From Octopus vulgaris (taxonomy: Eukaryota), in NCBI GenBank assembly GCA_951406725.2, contig OX597834.1, positions 1,922,001 through 1,986,000 of the forward strand: a DNA stretch of 64,000 nucleotides. Reading direction: 5' to 3'. The notes beneath the pieces are model-generated. The model was given only the letters and a program-made list of their open reading frames with translations. It searched no databases and was not told the origin of the DNA. The translations under genes and the position numbers were made by a program. Positions 1 to 14,511 of this stretch are shown here, piece after piece; positions within the stretch are counted from its first letter, which is position 1, and each line of letters opens with the position of its first letter.

Positions 1-544
1 TGTAGTATTTAAATAGAATATCACTTTTTTTTTCTTTCTGGACACCGAGCGGTACACGTATCGGCCTTGCCCTGAGCCTCGAACTCTACGTGTAGGAGCT
101 ACACAAATATCCCTGTGGAGCGAATAGCGATGAGTCCCGACTGTTCTGGCTCTCTTGTCAGCGTGCAGCACCTCTTCTTCACCATGACGCAGTAAACGGT
201 CTTATTAAAACGATCGGCGACATGGTTCATTTCTCTGTTGCAACTGGACTCTGTTGGCATCGACAGTGGTGCCGGTAGACTTCAATATGGAATGACCCAC
301 TTTCCATTCGAAGATAAGAGCAAGTCACCCATCTAAGACACCATTTATTGCGAAAGGTGAACTGGCAGAATCGTTACAAATTTTTGTTATTCAGTATAAA
401 TCTACCCTGGACTGCATTATGCAACGTACTCCTATTTTTAAGACAAGATGTGATTTGAAGGAGACTTTAACTGCTATTTCTAGCGGTTTCAGAAACTTCA
501 TACACATTTTCTCGTTCACTCAGTTTGTGGAAAGTCGTTGTTGT

Positions 545-760
545 TGTTTAGCCCCCGGCCAAAAGTGACTGAGTCGCCCTATAATCAAAGACGTTCCAAC
601 TGTGACTATCCCATTTTTTCAAGCAGTGTGATTTTATGATTACATTAACTAACGTAGCCTCTCCATCCTTTTTCTTAAGACTGCAAGAATCGATTTGAAG
701 GAAATTTGACTGTTATTTCTGGCCGATGGAACGAACACGTAAAAGCTCCCTCATTGGTTC
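545..760 (+). repeat. old unclassified dispersed repeat (tttagccc..atcaaag..gtgactatcc..gctatttcta)
   Basis: Recurs at ~400-520, 12690-13020 (-), 14720-14920, 15840-15910, 21805-21960, 36330-36720, 36940-37010, 37600-37700. Confidence 0.75.
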
Positions 761-1444
761 AATTATTCTGGAAGTCTTCGTAGTTGGATAGAATAGTTCC
801 AGCAGATAACTGAAAAATTACGTATGCGGTGGCCATCACCGACCTACTTCAATGAAAAAAAGCAAGTGCGAGGCTGGAATACATAAGATGTGAAGTAGTC
901 AGCCATTGAGGAAACAGCAGACGACCGTTAGCGGCCATTGTTGAAGCGAGATTGTTTGTTGAATAGAGAGTGTTGAAGAGAGATTGTTTTTGTTTTTTTC
1001 TTATAGCAAACTGGAGGATGGCGATGATGGAGATGAAGAAGGCGAGGGTTAAAGATTTAAGTAATACTGTGTGTGTATGTGTGGTGGAGAGGGTTCGATT
1101 CTGAGAAAAATACAGAGAAGAGAGAGAGAAAGTGAAAAAAAGCGTGTGTGTTTGCACTCGTGTGCGTATGTGTTGCGTGTATGTGTGCGTGCGTGTATGT
1201 GTGTGTGTTCGAACATCTGAAAGAAATAGAAAGGAAAACAAACAGAGAGGGAAAGAGAGAGGGTCAGAGAGAGGGGGGGAGAAAAAATAATGTGGGGGTA
1301 AGTGACATAGTGTGTGTGCGTATTTGTCCTGTCTATTGCGTGTGCATGTGTATGTTCTGTTGCATGCATTTATGTATGTGCATGTTTGCATTTCTGCATG
1401 TGTATAAGTGTGCGTGTGGTTATGTTTGTGTGTGTGTGTGTGTA

Positions 1445-1475
<31 letters not shown>

Positions 1476-1977
1476 AAGAAAGAAAGAGAGAGATGAAGAG
1501 AGAGAAAGAGAGAGAGGAAGGGAGAAAGAGAGAGGGAGAGTAACAACATACTGGCCGAATGGTTAAGAAGTTCGCTTGGAGACTATGAAGTCGAGGGTTC
1601 GATCGCACTGCGTGGAATCTTGAGCAAATGTCATTGACTATGACTTTAGATTGACCTACCTAAATCTTGCGAGTGTGACTGGGGAGGCGGGGACTGTACT
1701 GAAACCTGCCAAACGTTCGATCTTGTCACTCATTCATTCTAATTTGATTCTAGGCGAGGAGATATGGTTAAAGATACAATTCTCTGCAGGATACTCAGCC
1801 ACACGCACAAGGATTATAAATACACACACACACACACACACACAGAGGCACACACACACACAGGCACACACATACACACAAGCACACACACACAGGCACA
1901 CACACACATACGCGCGCACACACACATGTGTATGTGTGAGTGTGTGTGTGTAAATTTTTATAAGGAAAAAGTTGACA

Positions 1978-2245
1978 GGTGTAGCTGTGTAGTAAGAAGT
2001 TTGCCTCCCAACCACATGGTACCGGTTTCAACCCCACAGCATTGCACCTTAGGCGAGTGTGTGTGTCTGTATGTGTATGTGTCTATGTATGTATGTATGT
2101 ATGTATGTATGTATGTATGTATGTATGTATGTATGTATGTATGTATGTATGTATGTATGTATGTATGTATGTATGCATGTATGAATGTATGTATGTATGT
2201 ATGTATGTATGTATGTATGTATGTATGTATGTATGTATGTGTACA

Positions 2246-2281
<36 letters not shown>

Positions 2282-2503
2282 TGTGTGTGTCTATGTCTGT
2301 CGCCCAACACCGCTTGTCAAGCGGTGTTGGTGTGCTTACGTACCCGTAACTTAGCGGTTCAGCAAAACAGAAACCGATAGACTAAGTAGCAGGCTTAAAA
2401 ACATAAATTCTGGGGTTGATTCATTCGACAAAACGTTCTTCATGGCGGTCTCTTTGCCCCAGTATGGCCGCAGTCTAATCGATGAAACAAGTAAAAGATA
2501 AAA
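1978..2503 (+). mobile_element. SINE family A with expanded (TGTA)n centre
   Basis: Head and tail-1 similarity to 43950-44339. Confidence 0.85.
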
Positions 2504-2624
2504 TGTTATGTGTCAGTGTGCGCGCGCGCGTTTCTGTGTGTGTGTGTGTGTGTGTGTAAAAAGTGTGCCTGTCTTTTATGTATGCGTGTCTAATAAAATA
2601 TTATTTGTTAGTGTAGAGAGGGTT

Positions 2625-3105
2625 ACTCCTTTGGCCGGGAGGGACAGGCAATTTTTATTAGTCTGGTGGCTGTAGCGAAAGTGGTAGTGTGGTGGGCTCG
2701 CTTGAAAGGGCTAAAGAGAGACACTTCACTCTTTGGCCAAGCCCTCGTAAACTTTTCGAAGTTCCATTTGAAAAGGAAAGGAAAGAGGGAAGTATTGCCT
2801 TGTAGCAAATTTGTTGAAAGGTGGGTGAATATCGGGAAAATGGCCAGTGTGAAAGGACCCATCTTAAGCATGCGCTTGTGAAAAATAAAAGAAGGGCTCT
2901 TGCCCTGTTGGTCGGGCACCCGTGACTTTTGTGGGTTTTTCCACAAATAGCCTTAAAGCCCCCCCCCCCACATACACACCTACTAGGAGTTTCGTTTGTT
3001 TAATTGTAATTGATATTTTTACCCGTTTTAAAAACCCGTTTTGTATCGTCCTGTTATGTCCTTCTATGTTGTTCTGTATAAGCCCTTGTGGCCAATAAAA
3101 GAATT
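2625..3105 (+). mobile_element. L1/Tx1-like LINE 3' end
   Basis: FISLVAVAKVVVWWARLK..FVERWVNIGKMA* then 3'UTR and ccttgtggccaataaaagaa; homologous copy at 20915-21290. Confidence 0.65.
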
Positions 3106-3361
3106 AATGTAGGGCGGTCAGCCGGCAGAATCGTTTGCACGCTGGTCAGAGTGTTTGGCAGCATTTCGTCTGTCTTTACGTTCTGAGTTCAAATTCAGCC
3201 GAGGTCGACTTCGCCTTTCATCCTTACAGAGTGGATAAAATAAGTTCTATTGAACACTGGGGGCTGATGTAATCGACTTGACCCCTCACTCGAACTTGCA
3301 GACCCTGCGCCAAAATTTGACACCAATAATATTTGTTAGTCTTACGAGTTTTTATATATAA

Positions 3362-3695
3362 AAGGTAAAGGTCCCCCCCCCTCTCGAGCATGACTGGCCA
3401 TGGGATTGCATCTAGAAAGTTCCCCTCTTCCGAGGCACAAGTCCGGGCAAGGTTGTTTGTGGAAGACCAGCAGTCGCCCGTCCATACCAGCCTCCCCTCT
3501 CCACACCACCAATGTTATCCAAGGGAAAGGCAAAGGGGCCAATGTAGCTGGGCACCAGTGACGTCACAACTCATTTCTACAACTGAGTGAACTGGAGTAA
3601 TGTGAAATAAAGTGTCTTGCTCAAGAACACAACACGCAGCCCAGTCCAGGAATTGAACTTACAACTTCATGATTGTGAGCCCTATGCTGAGCCAT
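3362..3695 (-). mobile_element. SINE family C head with a different tail ending in ACCTTT repeats
   Basis: gtgttcttgagcaagacacttt core; minus strand ends gacctttacctttt. Confidence 0.8.
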
Positions 3696-4197
3696 ATATA
3701 AGTATGTATGTGTGTGTGCGTGTGTGTGTGTGTCTGTGTGTGCTTGACAACCGGTGTTGGCGTGTTTACCTACCTGAAACTTTACAGTTCGGCAAAGGAA
3801 ACCGATAGAATAAGTACCAGGCTTAAATAAATAAATAAATAAATAAGGCGTGCTCCAGTATAGCCGCAGTCAAATAACTGAAACAAGTAAAAGAAAAGAA
3901 TAAAATTCAATAAATAAACTACGACACGACTGAAATTCTTCAAGGCGGTGCCCCAGCTTGGCCGTGGTCTAATGACTGAAACAAGTAAAAGATAAAAGAG
4001 AAAGTGAAGAACTCTACAAAAATGTGGCGAGTTAAGTTAAATGTTAAATTGATTCTGTTGAATGGAATTTGAGAGAGAAAACAAACACACAGACAGAGAC
4101 GCGCGTCGACTGCACGCTTTGTGAGAGATATCACCAGAGGGAGAGAGAGGGAGAGAGAGATTGAGTTAGAAGGGGAGATAGGGAAAGAGAGAGTAAG

Positions 4198-4705
4198 GGA
4201 GTGAGTGAGTGTGTGAGTGAGTGTGTGAGTGAATGAGTGAGTGAGTGAGTGAGTGAGTGAGTGAGTGAGTGAGTGAGTGAGTGTGTGAGTGTGTGAGTGT
4301 GTGAGTGAGTGTGTGAGTGAGTGTGTGGGTGAGTGAGTGAGTGAGTGAGTGAGTGAGTGAGTGAGTGAGTGTGTGAGTGAGTGAGTGAGTGAGTGAGTGA
4401 GTGTGTGAGTGAGTGAGTGAGTGAGTGAGTGAGTGAGTGAGTGAGTGAGTGAGTGAGTGAATGAGTGTGTGAGTGAGTGAGTGAGTGTGTGAGTGTGTGA
4501 GTGAGTGAATGAGTGTGTGAGTGAATGAGTGAGTGTGTGAGTGAATGAGTGAGTGTGTGAGTGAGTGAATGAGTGAGTGAGTAATGAGTGAGTGAGTGAG
4601 TGTGTGAGTGAGTGAATGAGTGAGTGAGTGAATGAGTGAGCAAATGAGTGAGTGAATGAGTGAGTGAGTGAGTGAGTGAGTGAATGAATGAGTGAGTGAG
4701 TGAGT
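4198..4705. repeat. (GAGT)n microsatellite
   Basis: Direct reading. Confidence 0.98.
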
Positions 4706-5886
4706 GCTGTGACATCCAGTGGGGCCTTAATATTTAGATGGGAGATTTTCATCTCGTAGCAAGATAAAGTCTTTTTTTATTTTTTCTCTTCGCTCGTTTT
4801 TGGAACTTGTAGAGGTGGGGGTGGGGGGTTGCTTGCAGACTTTGTTTCTCACATGTACACACTCACACTCACACTCACACACATACGAACGTACACATAC
4901 AGTTTAGTGACCGTCGGACAATCGCTTAACTGACCGAAACTTCGAAGTCACTGTCAATGATATTCTTGAGAAAGAATATTAAATTTGTACTCTACAAAAA
5001 TATAGAGCAAACCCATCAGATTAACGAACAAAATGCTTTTATTGTAACTGAACAAAAATAAATACATAAATACATCGGCAGAAATTAACGTGACTCAAAG
5101 ACGGAGAGCTTCGTCCTTTGGCACTTACCAAACCAATGGAACCATAATACAACCGTAATATAATACAATATAACACAATATATAATATAATATAAATTGT
5201 AATATATGAAACCTAATATAATGAACATATGTATACGCACACATACACACATTCACATACATACACATTCTTACATGCCCGCGCACGCACACACACACAC
5301 ATTCTGTGCTTCTTGGGAATATGATTCGATTGTCAAATATCCTAATTTTGGAATAAATCATCTCAATTATACAACAGAGTCAATGCACTCTTGGAGAGAT
5401 TTTCGTTTTATTTATAACTCGTGATAATAGTTATAAATAATAATTCGTTTTAACATAAATATGTCCCATTTTTATAGTTGTTTCTAATAATAATGATAAT
5501 TTCAATTTTTGGCACAAGGCTAGCAAATAATTATAATAATTTCGTTTTGGGATTTGGTTTGCAAGATTCTTTATGGGAGTTCGTGTGTTGAAGCATAGGT
5601 TGCAAGACGCAACGAAAATTTTAGGAAAATAAAAATAAGAAATAAGTGGAAATTTTACCGGTGAGTGTGTTAAATTATAAGGCACAAAAAGAAAATGACT
5701 CTCCCCAAACACAACAGAATTATAATAATGCTTTCTTATTTTGGCAGCAGGCCAGAAATTTTAAGGGGAGGGGGTAAGTCGATTACATTGACTTTATTTT
5801 TATTTTAACGGTCGATAAAAACAGACTGCTTGATAGACAGACAGACATACATACAGACAGACAGACAGACAGACAGGCAGGCAGGC

Positions 5887-5975
<89 letters not shown>

Positions 5976-6599
5976 TTACGTGTAAGAGTGTTGTGGTGTA
6001 AGTGATTGAAGGGAAAGATATTTTTAAAAAAGCAATTTAAAAAAATAGGGTTTTTAAATAAAGTAAAAGAAACCGTAGAACGAATAATAGAAATATAAAC
6101 ATTGACGGAAGCTAAAACCGAAGATGATGCAAAGATAGAAAAGAAACGTCGAAGAAATATTCTCGCTTCAATGATATGTGATTGTGTTTAGCTTGGTAAA
6201 TTCGAAAATTCAGTCATTTTCCTGTCGTGAATTATCAGCAGACGATATGATCGGCTGCTAAATATTCAACTATACAGTCACGTTTAATCCCAAAACTTGG
6301 TTAAACAGATAGATCTTGAAGCTTTTCAATTTATGAATTTCAGAAAGCATTCTTTCTCTATTAAGATATATATATATCGTAACGTGTTCTTTATAAGTAT
6401 TTTAGTTTAGACAAAGGCTAAACCGGGACAACGAAACAATGTTTTATTTAAATTTTTTTTATTTTTTGTTAGATTTGAAGTAGCCATACTGAATTGATAA
6501 TTAGATTGCATTAGTGAACAGGGGAGAGAGAGGGAGAGAGAGAGAAAGAGAGAGAGAGAGAGAAGAGAGAAAGAAGAGAAAGAGAGAGAGAGAGAGAGA

Positions 6600-6634
<35 letters not shown>

Positions 6635-6754
6635 CGTAAAAATGTGTATATACGTACATATGTGAATACTTGCATGGAGGTGTATGTATTTATGTGTACG
6701 TCTCTCTCTCCCTCTCTTTCTCTCGCTACACACACACACACACACACACATTCT

Positions 6755-7248
6755 TTGCCTTTTTGTTTCAGTCAGTCAGTTGACTGCGGTCATGTTGGAG
6801 CACCGCCCTGAAAGTTATTTTAGTCGAACAAATCAACCCCCCACCCGGGCTTCTAAGCCTTATTCTATCTATTCTTATTCTATCGCTCTTTTGCGAAACC
6901 GCTAAGTTATAGAGACATAAATACACCAACACCGGTTGTCAAGCAGTGATGCGTTTACGAACACACACAGAGACACACACCTATAGATACGTACATACAC
7001 ACGTACATACATACATACATACATATATACATACATACATACATACATAAATACATATTCACACACAAACACGCGCGCGCGCGCATATAGGATGGCTTCT
7101 TTCAGTTTCCGCCTACCAAATCCACTCACAAGGCTTTCATCGGCCCAAGGCTATAGTAGAAGACACTTGCCCAAGGTGCCTCGCAGTAGGACTGAACCAT
7201 GAACCATGTGGTTGGGACGCAAGCTCCTTACCACACAGCCACGCCTGA
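6755..7248 (-). mobile_element. SINE family A
   Basis: Head and tail-1 similarity to 43950-44339. Further copies or fragments at ~3735-4000, 9700-10025, 10875-11060, 14970-15775, 22585-22745, 35350-35570, 36010-36175, 37755-37960, 45745-45905, 58405-58560. Confidence 0.88.
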
Positions 7249-7374
7249 GCTCGTGCGTGTGTGTGTGTGTATGTGTGTGTGTGTCTATTACTACTATAAC
7301 TATTTACACCACAATTACTCCCATCCATACAACCACCACCACCACCACCACCACCACCACCACCACCATCAAAC

Positions 7375-7434
<60 letters not shown>

Positions 7435-7794
7435 AATGGTCTTTACAAGTATTCAGATCAAGTCTATGCCTGGACTCTGAAAAGAGTCCCTGGTGCTGTC
7501 CTTTACCTCGTAATTTGAGTCGTTTAAAATGTAAGTCGACTCTTGTGGGACTTGAACTACGTAAACATAATACACATATGTATAAAAGAAACTGATGTGT
7601 ATATATATATATATATTTACGGAGATGTACTCGCATAGCAAGTAATTTGATCTGAGATCGTGTGCTGAAACGAAAACAATTGCAGCGTGGAAGGTGTTTA
7701 TAAGCCATTTAAGAAACACACAAAAGCCGTTCGATTCACTCCAACATTTAAGTTTAATTTGTCAAAATATTTTATATATATATATATATATATG

Positions 7795-7865
<71 letters not shown>

Positions 7866-8139
7866 ATATGTATGTATGTGTGTATGGGTACAGGACATCA
7901 CCAACAGTTAACAACATGAAATACGAAAACAAATGACTTCAATACGCAAATAACGAGAGAAAAAAGGACAAGTAATACAAAGAATGACCCTTCATCAGTT
8001 TTGTCGGCTGTCTATCTACTCCCCATTTTGGGCAATCAACGACAATATGAGATGAGTCTTCGAAGACAGTTGCTCCCATAAATACCAAAATAAAATTTTG
8101 GATTTATGGAGGCTCAAAGTTAGGAACATGTCTCCTTTG

Positions 8140-8477
8140 AACGGTTTAAGTTGCTTTGGTGGTATTTTTTCCCCCCCCAAATAATTGAACTACTGAGAAG
8201 GCTTATAAGTAGCACGGCAGTCTATGCTTCCGATTACCCTTGGAACAGAAAACCAAATTGAAGGCTGGTTATTGCAATTTAACGATCCCGTGTAAACCAC
8301 CATTTCCCCCGGTTTGTCCATTTACGCGCGAGCTCTAAGTAAAATGTTATAGAGCATAGCCATTCTTGGGACATACGTAATGTGTGTGTAAAGTTTGGTG
8401 AAAATCGGTTGAGTATTGAGGAAATGTATACGTTAGTCAACACACACACACACATACTGTGATTTATATACACTAGA
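8140..8477 (-). mobile_element. 5' part of a non-autonomous Helitron
   Basis: Minus strand starts A|TCtagtgtatataaatc..(TG)n..caaccgattttcaccaaacttt, same architecture as 62916-63297; no CTRR end seen. Confidence 0.6.
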
Positions 8478-8504
8478 TATACACACACGCACACACACAT
8501 ACAC

Positions 8505-9329
8505 AGTCAGTTTTTCCTTTGTCGTGAATTGAAAGAAAAAACGACAGGAGATGTCTTTAACCTGGTCCACCAGAATGTCGTATTGACAATGAGCAGTGGC
8601 AAGCTTGTATTAGCGTTTGCATTGATGGCACTCAATCCATGTATGGTCGAAAAAATAAAGGCTTCGTAGCTCATGTATTACAACAAAATTCACAAGTTAA
8701 AACTGTACATTGCATGATTCTCTGCAAAGTTTTGGTGTCAAAATCTCTACCTGATGGTCTCCTGCAGACGATGGACAACGTTGTTAAAATGGTGATTTAC
8801 ATAAAGTCCCATTCCCTGTGGTGTAGACTTTTTTGCATTCCTATGTGAAACTATGGATTCTGATTTTAAGGGTTTACTGCTTCATACAGAAGTGCGATGG
8901 CTCTCAAAAGAAAAAGGGCTTTCTCGATTTATCTCTTTGCCAACTGAAATAACTAGGTATCTCTGCGCTCATAGAAATGAAATTTTAAAAAAACGGGAAC
9001 TATCACAGATGGTAGGTGAGGAGTTACGTGTTTGTTTAATTTAGAGCCGCGTTTTTGACAAAATTCTTTCTGAAAACCAATTGCATCATTCTCACTAAAA
9101 CCATTATTATTGTATTATATTACCTATATGTGTGTGTGTGTGTGTGTGTGTGTGAGTGTGTGTGTTCATAAGACAGTGTTTTTTTTATTGTTACTATAAT
9201 ATGAATTTATTTATTATTATTCATACTAATAAAGTCTATTCAGTTTTGTTGGGATTTTTATTTGGTGTACCGCAAAATAAATTCTCCTCGCCCAGAGTGT
9301 CGTAAAGGAAAAAAGTTTGGAAGACACTG
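8505..9329 (+). mobile_element. hAT (Buster/Charlie-like) transposon remnant with 3' terminus
   Basis: CIDGTQSMYG..KGFVAHV..VHCMI..DNVVKMVIYIKS..RLF..LLLHTEVRWLSK; Charlie-like end aaaaaagtttggaagacactg. Confidence 0.85.
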
Positions 9330-9794
9330 ATCTAGACGAAGTAAATATACACTTCGCTTATGAGGCTCAGCAAAACCGGAACAAACCTATTGCTGTTTGA
9401 TTTCAAAGACTAAATCCTTTCCAAATTAAATCGGAGATTTTCCCCAAAACTTTTACTCGTCCGATCTTAACTGAGTTATCTATCTTGCTTTTTCTTTCTT
9501 TCTTTTTTATTTCAACTACGAATTGTCGCTTTCTGTTCTATAATTACAAGCATAACTTCTATCAATCGAGGTTTTTAGTTCATGTAGCATGACGGAGATG
9601 AAACTTTGAAAAAAAGTAATAATTATTAAAGCAGTTAACATGGAAATGGAAAATCAAAAACATATTTTTGATTTAAAAATTCAGAAATAAAAAATATGTA
9701 GTTACTTCCCAACTGCACGGTTCCTGGTTCAAGCCCACTTTGGGTAAATGTCTTCTACAATAGCCTTGGGCCGACCAAAACCTTGTGAGTGTGT

Positions 9795-9830
<36 letters not shown>

Positions 9831-10789
9831 TTCGTGTCTTTATGCCTGTGTCTTTATCTCCCACCACTGCTTGACAACCGGCGTGCGTGTGTTTATGTCC
9901 CCGTAACTTAATGGTTACGGTCAGGCTTCAAAATAATAAGAACCGGTGTCGATTCGTTCTACTAAAATTCATCAAGGTGGTGCCCCAGCATGGCCGCAGT
10001 CTGATCTCTGAAACAAGTAAAAGGAAGCAAGATAAAGAATAAATGTTTTCCTTTTCATGGCGCTCAACACTTTGTATATATTTTAGGCAATCTTTCGGTA
10101 GAAGTCTTTGGTGTCGTGAGTGTGCAACATTGTCCTTCATCTACTCGACTGAGCTGAACAAACTCACACACGTCGCACGCACACTCACTTATAACTGACG
10201 TCATATACTAATACCGAAAAATTGCCTATATTTTATAAATTTTTTAAAGTAGCGCTCTCACACATGTTCACTCTACATAATATCAGTGTACATGTGTGTG
10301 TGTGCGCGCGATTGTGTGTGTGCGTAGTTGTGCATGTGTGTGTGTGTGTAGTTGTGCATATGTGTGTGTGTGTGTTTGTACCCATGTTCATCGTGCGACA
10401 AAATAATCTGCCTAAATTCATTAGTATTGATAAATAAGTCGGCAACAAAGTTAGAGTGTACACGGTCGAATCCACAGTGTTAACTAATATAATAAATGGT
10501 AATACATTAGCTACAAGAAGATATGGTTACTAACTGTCTAACTTCACTAACGCCAAGCCAGCGGCCATCTAAAATACGGGAGGTCTTTCTGCCTCACGCT
10601 GTATTTCTGTTAAAAGTTATAAAAACGATGTCAGCCTGAAGACCGTAGACAAGTTATTGTGATTCTCCTTTTGTCGTTTTCGCTGTCAGAAATGTGAAGT
10701 GAAGCAGAGATTGATTGATTGGCAACAACGACGCTATTGTACACCACTTCATACACACACACACACACACACACACACAAGCGCGCGCG

Positions 10790-10844
<55 letters not shown>

Positions 10845-11489
10845 TACCACTATGTATATATGTATTTTTTAAATTCTTTTACTTGTTTCAGTCTTGACTG
10901 CGACCATGCTGGAGCACTGCCTTGTAGGGTTTCAGTCGAAGAAATCGACTGCAGGAATTTTTCCTGGTACTTATTCTATCGAGGTCTTTTGCCGAGCCGC
11001 TAAGTTACGGGGGACATAAATGCGACGATGGGGAGAGGGGGACAAACACAGACACACACACACAAATATATACATATGTGTATGTATTATATATGTATAG
11101 TGTGTGATAAAACGGGTGATAATCCAAGCTGTGTCCTCGTGTATCTCATCTGCATGTTCACAATAATCCAGTGGATGTCTATGGATGATGTTCTTTTTGT
11201 TTGTTTGTTCAAATGTGATATCCATAGCGACGGAGTAAAATAGAAGATATACAATATATACACCGACAGACAGACAGACACTTACACACATACACTCACA
11301 CATTCATACATTTTGTTGTCATTAATATCGGCAGAAGTTAAAGAGTGTCTGAAAGGCCGAGAGTTTCGTCTGTTGGCAGATATCAAACTGCTTTTAAATC
11401 TAAGGGATTACATTTATAAAGCCATCATAATTAAATAAACCTACCATAAGTCACGCTATAGTTTCTGCTGATTATTGCACATACAAATA

Positions 11490-11910
<421 letters not shown>

Positions 11911-12038
11911 GCGCGCGTGTGTGTGTGTAGAACAGGTTTCTTCCAGATTCCCTCACAAGGCTTTGGGTGACCCGGAGTTATATGCTTCGGAAGAATTCTT
12001 ACCACACAGCCACGCCTATGTAAATATATATGTGTGTA

Positions 12039-12082
<44 letters not shown>

Positions 12083-12154
12083 AACACTCACACATATACA
12101 TATATATATTTATACTCATGTATCGAGTTATTTTCTTGTTTATATCAACAAACT

Positions 12155-12222
<68 letters not shown>

Positions 12223-12233
12223 TAGATAGACAA

Positions 12234-12304
<71 letters not shown>

Positions 12305-13136
12305 TTGCAGAGTAGAATTCAGAAAAACTGGCTTCTTAGTACCTCATGGATATTTAATTACAAGCCTTTAGTTCAAATCCCGCCGATGTCAACCTTTTTA
12401 ACCATTCATCTTCCATGGGAATCAATGAAATAAAATACCTGTCGTGTACTGGGGTCGACGTAATCAACTGGACCTCTACCCACCCCTTACTCTTCGTGTC
12501 TTTATTAGAAATCATTATTTAACGGTTTTACTAACTTCCTTGTCTTACGAGGGATGAAAGGCAAAGTAGAGAAACCTCAACGTGATTTGAACTCAGAACG
12601 TAAAATTGCCTTAACCTAAATTCGCCAAATTAAGGAATTTCTTGATATTTTGATGATGTGCTAAAAATAGCTGTCAAATGTCCTTCATACAAATGTCCTT
12701 CTTACAAAGAAAAAGTACAGGTTGTGTAATGTCGTATATAGCCGCAAATGTCTGGATGGTCACCGTTGGAATGCCTTTAAATCATGTCAACTCGATTAGG
12801 GTTGATCTGGGATTAAACAACAACAAATCGGGAGCCCCTGCGGAGTCATACCACCAGCTAGAAGTAGCAGCTAAATCTCCGTCATACCATCGCAACCATC
12901 CGACAATGTAGAAGTAGACAGGATGGTCACGGTGGGAATACTTCAGGTTATAGGGTTTGACTAGATTGCTTTTGACAATAGGCCTGATAGAACAGTGTTG
13001 ACCATGGGCTAAACAACAACAGTAACAACTGCCAGGTATTATCGCCACTACTTCAACGATTCGCCATTGGAATAGATTAGTGAAGGTGGACAGAGAGAGG
13101 GGGAGGAGAAAGAGAGGATAGTGTTACAATGAGAGG

Positions 13137-13167
<31 letters not shown>

Positions 13168-13342
13168 GAGTGATGATAGAGAGGAGGTGTGAGAGCGATA
13201 TACAGAAAAATGTGTGTACGTGTGTGCATGTGTGTGTATGTAGAATGAGTATGTGTGAATGAGCGAAAGAAAGAGTGTGCATGTTTAAGAATGTGTGAGT
13301 GTGTGTGTGTTTGTGTGTGTTTGTGTGTGTGTGTGTGTCTGT

Positions 13343-13375
<33 letters not shown>

Positions 13376-13849
13376 AGTGTACGGTGTAAGAGAGGAAGTG
13401 GAATGAATGAGTATGAGACAAGAGAGAAAGAAATATATACAAAGAGAGAGGGAGAAACAGTAAGTGCGAGAGAGATACAGAGAAGGAGGAGCTGAGTAGG
13501 AGGATAAAAGAAAGAAGAAGAGAGCGACAGAGGGTAAGTTGCTGACTGCTTGGCTGTTCTAAATATTGCTGTTCCTCCCGCACTCGACAACCACCAGTCG
13601 TTGTCCTGAGATCTTGTATCAAAGGTTTGTGAAAACATGGCCATGTCATCTACGTATACGTATGCATATATGCATGCATATATGTATGTATGTATGTATG
13701 TATGCATGTATGTATGTATGTATGTATGTATGTACGTATGTATGTATGCATGCATGTATGTACGTATATGTACGTTTGTATATGTATGTATGTACGTATA
13801 TATGACATCTTCCTTTGAAATGATGTAGTTACTTTAGTTTATGACGGTA

Positions 13850-14180
13850 ATGATAGATAGACAGATAGATAGATAGATAGATAGGTAGATAGATAGATAT
13901 ACATACAGAATAATAGATAGATGGATAGAGAGATAGAGAGAGAGAAAAAGAGAGATAGATAGACAGATAGATAGATAGGTAGATAGATAGATATACATAC
14001 AGAATAATAGATAGATGGATAGAGAGATAGAGAGAGAGAAAAAGAGAGATAGATAGATAGATAGGTAGATAGATAGATATACATACAGAATAATAGATAG
14101 ATGGATAGAGAGATAGAGAGAGAGAAAAAGAGAGATAGATAGACAGATAGATAGATAGGTAGATAGATAGATAGATAGAT
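13850..14180. repeat. (GATA)-derived minisatellite, three ~90-bp units
   Basis: atatacatacagaataatagatagatggatagagag recurs at ~13897, 13991 and 14077. Confidence 0.9.
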
Positions 14181-14408
14181 TTCTTTATTGCCCACAAGGA
14201 GCTAAACATAGAGGGGACAAACAAGGACAGACGAACGGATTAAGTCGTTTACATCGACCCCAGTGCGTAACTGGTACTTAATTTATCGACCCCGAAAGGA
14301 TGAAAGGCAAAGTCGACCTCGGCGAAATTTGAACTCACAACGTAACGGCAGACAAAATACGGCTACGCATTTCGCCCGGCGAGCTAACCACTCTGCCAGC
14401 TCGCCGCC
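14180..14408 (-). mobile_element. SINE family B (tRNA head, Meta-like central domain), full length
   Basis: ggcggcgagctggcagagtggttagc..gagttcaaatt..gtcgactttgcctttcatcctttcggggtcgataaattaagtaccag. Copies at ~3112-3330, 12360-12600, 21305-21512, 35146-35300, 39200-39635, 46882-47093, 55262-55385. Confidence 0.9.
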
Positions 14409-14410
14409 TT

Positions 14411-14511
<101 letters not shown>

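Noticed and set aside
1550-1630. tRNA-like sequence
   Set aside because: Decayed SINE family A head with no complete cloverleaf; the same applies to the other SINE heads.
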